Source of the DNA: Eledone cirrhosa
Taxonomy: Eukaryota
Length of the DNA: 64,000 nucleotides
Assembly: GCA_964016885.1 (NCBI GenBank)
Contig: CAXHJY010001693.1
Coordinates: 81,744-145,743 of the forward strand
Direction: 5' to 3'
The notes under the pieces were generated by a model, which was not told where the DNA came from, ran no database searches, and saw only the letters and a list, made by a program, of their open reading frames with translations. Below are positions 48,454 through 64,000 of this stretch, one piece after another. How positions within the stretch are numbered: position 1 is the first letter of the stretch; every line of letters starts with the position of its first letter. The translations under genes and the position numbers were made by a program.

Positions 48454-49088
48454 GTGTTTGTGTATATATACATGTATATATATATATATATATAAATAAA
48501 AGTTAAAGAATGAAGAGTAACATGGTTGGCTGTACAATAAGGGCTTTATTTAAAGTAGTGACAATTGTTTCGTTGATCAGGTGAGTCTAGAGTTCGCTAA
48601 TCGCTTGAGGTTGCGTCATTCGATCTCCAATACATTATTTGCCTCTGGTAAACACATCAGAGTACGTAGATATGTTACTCTTCATTCTTTAACTATTATT
48701 ACTCCAAGTACAACCTGCATAGAAATTACCGCGAACTCGCTGCATAACTATGGAAGCATCTTGTTGAGTCAAACAAAGCCGTACGTTAAAACTATTCACA
48801 ACCTCTAAATGGATTACCTATAACGATAACTTGTTATCCCATATATATATATACATACATATCGGCGGAACTATATATAATCAATAAAGACTTTTAATGT
48901 GAAACTTCGCTTTGTTTTCAATATATATATATGAACACACACATATATATATAATATACACACACAGGTTGTCCCCCAAAAATATATACACATCAACACC
49001 ATTCTAATAAATGTGTATAGATTTTTTGGGGACACCCTGTGTATATATGTATATATATATACGTACACATATATATGTGTGCGTGTGA

Positions 49089-49259
49089 CGCCATCTTGAT
49101 TATATATATACATACTCACATATATATATATACATATATATGTGTGTGTGTGCACGTATGCGTGTATGTTTAGACATATTCAAGATGGCGTCGCTTACAC
49201 ACACATACGTATATATATATATACGTATGTGTGTATGTACATACATATTCAAGATGGCG
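49089..49259. promoter_or_regulatory. Cluster of three YY1-type motifs (CAAGATGGCG) between two divergent transcription units
   Basis: cgccatcttg 49089-49098, caagatggcg 49181-49190 and 49250-49259; local CpG enrichment. Confidence 0.55.
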
Positions 49260-50016
49260 ACGTCACTATTCAATCCTCCTCCACCAAATATTTCGACCTT
49301 CCATTACTTTCTTCCGTTAACATTCGCTACTTTCCGTCGCTTCGTAGCTTTATTATCCAACCAAGATATAATAATTATTATTAATTATTAATATTAATTA
49401 ATATCTTATAATTAAAAATCATATTTTTTTTCTTTATATTACGATTTTAACTGACAGAAAGAAAAAAAGAATTACACGAATATTTTTTGTTTAAAGCCAG
49501 CCACAAAAGATTTGCACTTCTGTCGCCAAGTACAACTACAGAATTTATATATACACACACACATATACATATATATATATATATAATTATCCATATATGT
49601 ATATAAAATATATACCGCCGTACACTCGTTATGGTAGTAGTATCATCGCCTCACGTTTGTACACACACGTGTGTGTGTATATATATATGTATATATATAC
49701 GTGTGTGTATGTATAAATACAGGGTGTCCCCAAAAATGTATACACACTTCCAATAGCATTCTAATAAATATTGCCTGTACAAGTAATCGAAGTATATATT
49801 TTTTGAGGGGCACACTGTGTGTGTATGTATATATATATACATATATCATAATTTTAACGTCCATGTTCCCTGCTTACAAAGGTTGGACATCTCTCAGCCA
49901 CCCCAAAGTGGGTGGGAGATCTTCTTGTCGGATGGGAAGAGTTAACACCGGTCTGATATATATATATATATATATGTCTATAAAGAATTTCGTTTTTAAT
50001 ATATATATATATATAT

Positions 50017-50107
50017 GGGGCTGTCGTGGCGGAGATTGCCGGAAGTTGGGGGACGTCTGAGCGGAAGCAGGAGGACGATTCTGCCCTAAGTGAATCCGAG
50101 ACGCAAG
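50017..50107 (+). other. Putative non-coding first exon with ETS motifs of a plus-strand spliced transcript
   Basis: GC-rich island, CCGGAAGT 50039-50046, GCGGAAG, strong donor AAG|GTAAGT at 50107/8; pairs with acceptor ttttgtttctctatttcag| at 51400. Confidence 0.55.
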
Positions 50108-50564
50108 GTAAGTCCGAATGTCTCCGGTTACAAGCTATAAATATATATATACATGTATGTATATATGCCTTTGTTATCGTTGTTAAATAAAGTAATATGT
50201 TATATATAAATATATATTTATATATATACAGTGGGTGGGAGATCTGCCCATGGGACAAGGAGAGTTGACAGGTCTGGTATATTTTTGTATGGATGGACTG
50301 AATTGATATAATTTAAGGTATTAAATTATGAGGGACTTTTAACGTTTGACACCGCCCTTATTAAATGGTCTGAAAGGAAGCTGATCAAATCTTTGTAAAT
50401 TTCTAGATTATTTCTTTGGTTGTTTAGTAAAACCTAACAACACAACACATTAATTACATCTGAAGGAGGTAAGTTAACAAAAATTTATATTAACGTGTGT
50501 AAATAATAGAATTATGTGAACCTTTCAACAATACAATAATTATAGTATTTGAGTTCACTAAAGG

Positions 50565-50615
<51 letters not shown>

Positions 50616-51826
50616 GACCTGTTAACTCTCCCCGTCCGAGGGGTAGATCTCCCACCCACTTTTTGGTAGGTGAAAGATGTCTTCTGCTCTGAAAATGTGT
50701 ATAGCTTTCATTATGTAAAATCTCCCCGTTTTGGGGCACTTTTTTCATGGTTATCCCCGTTTGGGTTTACACTGTGTGTGTGTATATATATATATGCGTG
50801 TGTGTGTATATATATATATATATATGTGTATATATATATATATATATATGTGTATATATATATATATACACATATAAGAGTGTATCATCATCATTGTTTA
50901 ACGTCCATCTTCCATGCTAGCATGGGTTAGATGTTTTGTTCCACTTGATGCGGGATTGGTCGAGAGACCGTGTCTCGCTGGTACGGAAGTGTCTCTGGCA
51001 GGTTTTCTACTGTGGCCGTGTAGGTAACATGGTAAAAAACCTCCCACTCCACACTGTAAATGTGGTTGGTGTTAGGAAGGGCATCCAGCTGTAGAAAACC
51101 TGCCAGACAGTCCTATACGAGTGAGACATGGTCACCCAACCAATCTTGCCTCAAATGGGACAATTCCCTTCTAAACCCATGCTAGCGTGGAAGATAGACG
51201 TTAAACGATGATGATGATACACATACTATTTATACACTTTTAGACATTAAGATGGAGGGATACATTTGAAAAGTTCAATTATTCAGATGAAAGTTTATAT
51301 ATACAGTTTATCAATATAGAAATGTTTTGTAATTTCTATTGTTGAATCTCAACATTTTAATATCCACTCTTCTATATCTTATTTTGTTTCTCTATTTCAG
51401 AATATCGCAAGACATTGACAGAAGAGAAATTTTAATTTCAGACTCTTCTTCTTATCGTGTCCACACTTATAACTGTTGCTTGTGGTGGTGACAGGATTAG
51501 CAGTATCTTATCAATATTCCCAGGGACGCAGTGCGGATCCTCCTCTCTTGACCCCAACACCCACATGTGTTTGTCATCAATAGCATCTTTTAAAAGACCA
51601 AGGAAAGATTTTACACAGCACTGATATAAATCTTTTTATATAAATATTTGATGAATTACTGGGAAATATTTTCTCTGAATTGAGGTACTTAGAGACATTT
51701 CTCTTCTTTAGTATCTGGAAAGTGTACAAGAAGATATTACATCGTATTAAACTTGGGTAAATTTACAAAGGAATTTGCATCATTTTTGGTGTCACAGTTG
51801 ATGTCACAGTTTTGGTGTCACAGTTG

Positions 51827-52320
<494 letters not shown>

Positions 52321-52534
52321 AAGCATCGTCTTATTAACCATGAGTATATCAACATACTGTTTTTCAGACTTGATTAACAGATCGAGCTGGAGTCAGGTCT
52401 ATAGCATTAACATGGATCCTGTGCCATCCATCTGTGAAACGGTCGTTACTGTATAATCAATAAAGACAATTTGAAATCTTGCTTTGTTTTCAATATATAT
52501 ATATATATGAGTCTGTAACTAGCTGTTGAAACAG

Positions 52535-52765
52535 GTCGGATGGAGGATAACTGCTGGGTGAAGAAGTGCCAAATAATCTCAGTGGAAAGAAGATACAGTA
52601 GAGGAAGACCCCGAAAAACATGGGTGGAGGCGGTGAGAGCTGACCTCAGATCGCTGAAACTCACAGAGGAGATGATGAAGGACCATGACAAATGGAGAGA
52701 TGTTATGCTGAAGAGGACACGTCCCAACCTTGCAAGCAAGCAAAAGTGGACGTAAAATGATGATT
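52535..52765 (+). mobile_element. RTE LINE extreme 3' end
   Basis: [13 protein letters not shown]......D..KWR; ends ggacgtaaaatgatgat; related fragments at 6140-6277 (+) and 43310-43485 (-). Confidence 0.85.
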
Positions 52766-53465
52766 ATATATATATTATATAACTAATCAGTGAAATTCCG
52801 TTATAACGAAATTCATGGGGTATAAAATAGGATTTGTTTGTGTGGAAAGAGAGTAGAAAGAGTGTGTGAGAGAGAAGAATTACTTTTACAAAAAATATTT
52901 ACCCCCAAATTATATTTGAATATGATATTCAATTTTGGTAGATTCAGTCGTTTGTTAAATTTATTTGATTTATTTTGATGCGATGCATTAAATATATGTA
53001 ATTAAGTACTGTATATATTATTGGTGTACACACAAATACTGCTAACACTCCTCGATACTTTACACACAAACGCACATATACAATACACTCGTTCAAACTT
53101 ACATTCACTCACGCAATAACACATAGTAACTTTGATACTTTACACAATATACCTTAAAAACACACACATTTAAACATACACATACACTCACACATAAAAT
53201 CGACACATTTAACTTTGCATTACCAAGACTACCTAACGGTTTGTCTTGCTACCTCTTTGTCTGTATCTATCCTTTGTGATCCTGTCTCTACTTTAGAAGG
53301 GCTAAAGTCTGACATGTCAAACTTTCTTAACCCTTTGCCATATAAAGTGTGAAACTAATAAGACTTTTTATATAAATGTATGTATATGTATATATATATA
53401 TATGTATATCATTTTTTCCAATTCCAACCCGCCTGTCCCCTCAATCTATCTTATTTCTCATTTTT

Positions 53466-53501
53466 TCTTCTGATGAAGGACCAGCGTCCGAAACTTTAAG
53501 A
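53466..53501 (+). ncRNA. Minimal hammerhead motif (probably degenerate)
   Basis: tctt-CTGATGA-a-GGAC-cagc-GTCC-GAAAC-ttt-aaga, followed by an inverted repeat at 53533-53658. Confidence 0.5.
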
Positions 53502-54137
53502 CCCTCATTCCTGTTATATCAAGCGTTTACCTAATATATTCCTTCCATATACTGTACCGATTGTGTTATTTATTTTTACCTTTTACATACATATATATAT
53601 ATATGTAAAAGGTAAACAGAAATAACAACACAATCGGTACAGTATATGGAAGGAATATAATATATGTATGTATAGATATGTATATATGTATATAAGTCTA
53701 TTGAACGGTTGAAAATATATAGTATTTTAAGTACACATCGGCTGAGTAGCCTCATTTGCATACTGAGCGAGTTACTGCTGTCTTTGCCGAATATTGAAAA
53801 TAAAATTAGATTTCTATTTCTCGCTATTGCACAGCTGATACATAAATGTAAGTATGCACACGTACACACACATATATATATACACATATATATATATACA
53901 TATGTACGTATGGGTTATATACTGACACACACACATTATATATATATATATATATATTTTAGAAAGTGAACAACACAATATATAACTACTCCGTTACCAA
54001 AGGTTTCTGGATCGTAGGCAATATTAACATGTCTGGATCGTTCATCAGACATGTGAATAGAAAATATGAAATGATATGTAAAACCTGTTAAAAATTGGCT
54101 TTGGAATTACCTAACACACGCATATATATATATATAT

Positions 54138-55332
54138 CATCATCATCATTTAACGTCCATCTTCCACGCAAGCATGGGTCTGGACGGGAATTGTCCCACT
54201 TGAGGCAAGATTGGTTGTCTTGCTCAGGACTGTCTGGCAGGTTTTCTACGGCTGGATGCCCTTCCTAACACCAACCACGTTTACAGTGTGGACTGGGAGG
54301 TTTTTACCGTGTTACCAACATGGCCACATTACAGCGTGGACTGTGTTTTTTTGTTGTGACACCTACACGACCTCATTTATTTAGGACTGGATGTTGTGGT
54401 ACCAACATAGCTTTACATCGAAAGGGTGGTGTAGATGGTGGTAGGGGTAGTGGGATGGGGGTGAATTTTGGTTAAGAGGTGCCTACTGACTAGGTTTCGC
54501 TTTGTACTTAGGCAAGGCGGGTCTTCTGTATTACTACGTAGCGCCAAAGATCTCGGTCCAGTGACATGGTCTTGGAGAGGTGTAAGTGTGTGAGGTTGGA
54601 TTTTATCAAGTCGTCCCAGGTTTTTCTGGGTCTGCCTACTCCGTAGCTACCGTCTATTTTGATCGCCCTGCACTTTTTTATACAGCTGTTGTCTTTCATG
54701 CGCATCACGTGATCATACCAACGTAGTCTTCTCTCGAGTAAACAACATCTGATCCTTCTTATTCATAATTTCTCACTTAGTTCATTTATGCTTTGCCGTT
54801 CATGTATATTACTATTACACATCCAATGGAGCAGGCAAGCTTCGTTCCTCTCCAGTCTGCGTAGATCCTCTGCACACAATGCCCAGGTCTTACTGCCATG
54901 TAACATTGCTGTTCGTATGCAGGCATCATACAGCCTGCCTTTTATTTTTAGAGAGGAACCTTTGGCGGCCAATAGTGGTATAAGCTCTCTGAACTTTTTC
55001 CATCAAGTTCTGACTCTAGCTACTGTACTTTCAGAGCACCCTCCACCACTGCTTATTTTGTCACCCAGGTAATGGAAGGTGTCCACTATTTCTATAGAAC
55101 CATCTGGGCAATGGAATGAGCTAGTATTCTGTGGGAATTTGATGCTACTTATTGCACCAGAGCACTGGCCACATATAAAATCTATATTCTTCGTTAGCTT
55201 ACCTGTGATTCCACATCTTTTATGCACCCATACTTTGCATTTGGGACATAAAATGGAGTTTCTGCCTACTCCTTTCCTACATACTGAGCATGGCCATTTC
55301 CCAGATGGGACCAGTGCCCTATTCTGCTTCCT
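54138..55332 (-). mobile_element. RTE-type LINE 3' portion with PHD-like finger and 3' UTR
   Basis: CSVCRKGVGRNSILCPKCKVWVHKRC..FICGQC; F.YLG; KGRLYDACIRTAMLHGS.TW; GRPRKTW. Confidence 0.9.
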
Positions 55333-55514
55333 ACATATATATATATATATTAAAAAATTCATCATTTTACCAACATTACCGTACATTTTGGTAGATTTAT
55401 CTACATATATATATATATATGTAGATAAATCTACCAAAATGTACGGTAATGTTGGTAAAATGAATTTTTTAATATAAGGAACTGTTTCTTTGTTTTTATT
55501 CATTATTTTTATTA

Positions 55515-55557
<43 letters not shown>

Positions 55558-55987
55558 CCGAGCAAGATGGTTGGATGACATACCTGAGTTTGGCTGGATC
55601 AGTTAGAGAAAGTTGCCTCTGAAAGGACCCTCTAGAGGGAGTGTTTAAGGACTACATCCACGACCCTCTCAGGGAATCAGTACTGAAAAAGGAAGGTAAT
55701 CATTTTTTGAGGTTATCTCCCTTGGATCATAGTAAAGAAATAAATTTACTTGTAAAAGTTGCCTCCCTTAGAGGATTTATTTACAAAACTAATATTTACG
55801 ATATCTTTTTATATACATAAATCACACGTATACACACAGACGCAGGCACCCACCCACGCACATACACAAGTACCCACGCACACACTATATGCCTCCTTTA
55901 ACCGGGAGGGACAGGCAGTTTTTATCTGCCTGGTGGCCACGGTGAAAGGGTTCGTATGGTGGACATGTCTGAAGGTTGAAGACGGGT

Positions 55988-56146
55988 ATATATATATATA
56001 TATATAATATAATTATATATATATAATATAATTATATATATATAATATAATTATATATATATAATATAATTATATATATATAATATAATTATATATATAT
56101 AATATAATTATATATATATAATATAATTATATATATATAATATAAT

Positions 56147-56177
<31 letters not shown>

Positions 56178-56735
56178 ATTATATATATATAATATAATTA
56201 TATATATAATTATATATATATATATATATATATAATATAATTATATATATAATTATACTATATATATATATAATTATATGTAATATAATTATATATATAT
56301 ATAATATAATGATAATATAATATAATTATATATATATATATATATAATTATATTATACATATATAATATAATTATATATATATATATAATTATATTATAT
56401 ATATATATATATAATATAATTATATATATATAATATAATTATATATATAATTATATATGTATATATATAATTATATATATATAATATAATTATATATATA
56501 TAATATAATTATATATATATATATATAATTATATTATATATATATAATTATATTATATATATATAATTATATTATATATATATATATAATATAATTATAT
56601 ATATATATAATATAATTATATTATATATATATATATATATAATATAATTATATATATATAATATAATTATATATATATAATATAATTATATATATATATA
56701 ATATAATTATATATATATATATAATTATATATATA
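55988..56735. repeat. (TA)n/(TATAAT)n AT-only satellite
   Basis: Direct inspection. Confidence 0.95.
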
Positions 56736-56736
56736 A

Positions 56737-57972
56737 GGCCTTAACATTAACCTGTCTAAGACTAAAGTTCTAGTTTGTAGGAAGGAAAATAGGGCACCGG
56801 TCCCATCCGGGAAATGGCCATGCTCAGTGTGTAGGAAAGGAGTAGGTAGAAACTCCATTTTATGTCCCAAATGCAAATATGTAGTGGGATCAGAGGTAAG
56901 CTAACTAAGAACATAGATTTTATATGTGACCGGTGCTCTGGTGCTATAAGTAGCAGCAAGTGCCCTCAGAATACTAACTCATTCCATTGCACAGATGGTT
57001 CTATAGAAATAGTGGACAGCTTCCGTTACCTGGGTGACAAAATCAGCAGCAGAGGAGGGTGCTCTGAAAGTAGAGTAGCTAGAGTCAGAACTGGATGGAA
57101 AAAGTTCAGAGAGCTTATACCACTATTGGCCGCTAAAGGGTTCTCCCTAAAAATGAAAGGCAGGCTGTATGATGCCTACATATGAACAGCAATGTTGCAT
57201 GGCAGTGAGACCTGGGCATTGTGTGCAGAGGATATACGCAGACTGGAGAGGAACGTAGCTTGCATGCTCCGTTGGATGTGTAATAGTAATATACGTGAAC
57301 GGCAAAGCATAAACGAACTAAGGGAAAAATTAGAAATAAGAGGGATTAGATGTTGTTTACTCGAGAGAAGACTACGTTGGTATGGTCACGTGATGTGCAT
57401 GAAAGACGACAGCTGTATAAAAAAGTGCAGGGCAATAAAATAGACGGTAGCCACGGAATAGGCAGACCCAGAAAAACCTGGGACGACTTGATAAATTCCG
57501 ACCTCACACACTTACACCTCTCCAAGACAATGTCACTGGACCGAGATCTTTGGCGCTACACAGTAATAGAGAAGACCCGCCCTACCTAAGTACAAAGTGA
57601 AACCTAGTACAGTCAGTAGGTACCTCTAACAAATACACCCCCGTGCCACTACCCCCACCCCATCCACACCACCCCTTTTAATGTAAAGTTATGTTGGTAC
57701 CACAACATCCATCCCGAAACAAATGAGGTCGTGTAGGTGTCACGACAAAAAAAAAACACACACTCCACGCTGTAATGTGGCCGCGTAGGTAACACAGTAA
57801 AAACCTCCCAGTTCCACACTGTAAATGTGGTTGGTGTTAGGAAGGGCATCCAGCTGTAGAAAACCCGCCAGACAGTCCTATGCGAGCAAGACAACCACTC
57901 TTGCCTCAAGTGGGAAAACTTCCGTCCAAACCCATGCAAGCGTGGAATATGGACGTTAAACGATGATGATGA
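56737..57972 (+). mobile_element. Second copy of the same RTE-type LINE, inverted relative to 54138-55332
   Basis: ORFs 56862..57185, 57192..57443, 57350..57589; shared 3' UTR and (GAT)n tail. Confidence 0.9.
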
Positions 57973-58011
57973 TATATATAATATAATTATATATATATAT
58001 ATATATATATA

Positions 58012-58045
<34 letters not shown>

Positions 58046-58086
58046 AATATATATAAATATATATATCTCTCTCTATATATATATGT

Positions 58087-58148
<62 letters not shown>

Positions 58149-58149
58149 G

Positions 58150-58215
<66 letters not shown>

Positions 58216-58230
58216 CATATATATATATAC

Positions 58231-58304
<74 letters not shown>

Positions 58305-58346
58305 GTGTATATATATATATATATATGTGTATATATATATATATAT

Positions 58347-58900
58347 AACTTTGATAGGTTTCGGCCAGTATTGGCCCAGGCCATGTCTAACTTAATAGCA
58401 CCACCTAGCGAAGTCTTACAAATCAGTGTTTGGGCACCCTGGCCCACTCGAGAAGAGAGTTATTGTTTACAGTGGCATAACCGGGTGTAGGAGGCTTATC
58501 CGGGATTTCTTGAAGGAATTTATCCAAAGACTTCTTGAACTTGATGAGGTCTGTCTCTGCTTTGATGTGTCTTGGTATAATGTTAAAGAGTGCAGGGCCA
58601 ATTGAGGTGAAATAATTGTGCCGTATTATTGTTATGAGATGCGAGTGAGATTTTTGTCGTGGGCGGATAGCACGGGGCCCAAGCCTTGGGTGTACACTAA
58701 AGGTGATGCCAACATCATTTGGGCAAAGCTGATGGAATATTTTCCACATCATACAGATAATGTAGCGCTCACGGCGACATTGAAGAGAATAAAGTTTGAG
58801 CTTTTCTAAACGACTCCAATAGTCAAGGCCTGTCATGCCAACTATCTTTTTTGTAATTGACCTTTGGGGTGCAATGATGTTGACTTGTTCTTCTTTTTGG
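58347..58900 (-). mobile_element. CR1/L2-group LINE 3' end
   Basis: QRSITKKI.G...LDYWSRLEKLKLYSLQCRRERY..F...GPALFN.IP..FKKSLDKFL..IPD.P. Confidence 0.85.
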
Positions 58901-59196
58901 TAAATATCATCTTGGTTAAGAGAGTGGGACTGGCTTTGTGCAGTGCCTTTGCTCACTATAAAAGCTTCACGGCACAGGCATTGCTTTATATCTGGAGATC
59001 TCTCTGCACTTGTCGTCACATGGTACCAAAGGCAAAGCACTATGTGTCGATAATTGTCACAAGTGTAGTGTTTGTACCAGAGTTTTCAAGTCGCTGGCTG
59101 GACTAAAAAGTCACACTCGTTCAGCGCATCGGTAGGGGTTCTCCTACATGGATATAAAGTAGTGGCCGTACTCGAAAACGAGTTGGCAGCCACCAC

Positions 59197-64000
<4,804 letters not shown>

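Overview
This is AT-rich, microsatellite-dense animal genomic DNA, most likely from an octopus or other coleoid cephalopod (inferred from the SINE/RTE families and the [17 protein letters not shown]-type zinc fingers). The main gene is a complete 21-exon ARID2 (BAF200, PBAF chromatin-remodelling subunit) orthologue on the minus strand, from ATG 46064 to stop 1652. It has 6858 nt of CDS (2285 aa), all introns are GT-AG, and exon phases are consistent. Its domains are ARID, an ARM-like region, an RFX-like winged helix, a low-complexity region encoded by one 4.3-kb exon, two C2H2 fingers and the conserved C-terminal block. Head-to-head with it is a spliced, frameshifted C2H2 zinc-finger pseudogene behind a region with YY1/ETS motifs. 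The rest is tRNA-derived SINEs, RTE and CR1-type LINE fragments, mariner remnants, TTAA-CCC (piggyBac-like) and Tc1-like MITEs, TE-derived minisatellites, fold-back palindromes and a ~4.8-kb (TA)n array. Most notable: (1) a compact, G-U-rich structured element in ARID2 intron 16 whose predicted stems bury an in-frame 57-nt cassette exon and a TACTAAC/AG/stop/AATAAA premature terminal exon; (2) further phase-compatible cryptic exons and a strand-specific long hairpin in intron 19; (3) several hammerhead-ribozyme-like motifs with unusually long stem-II inserts. All calls were made by eye, and none was checked against databases or RNA data.
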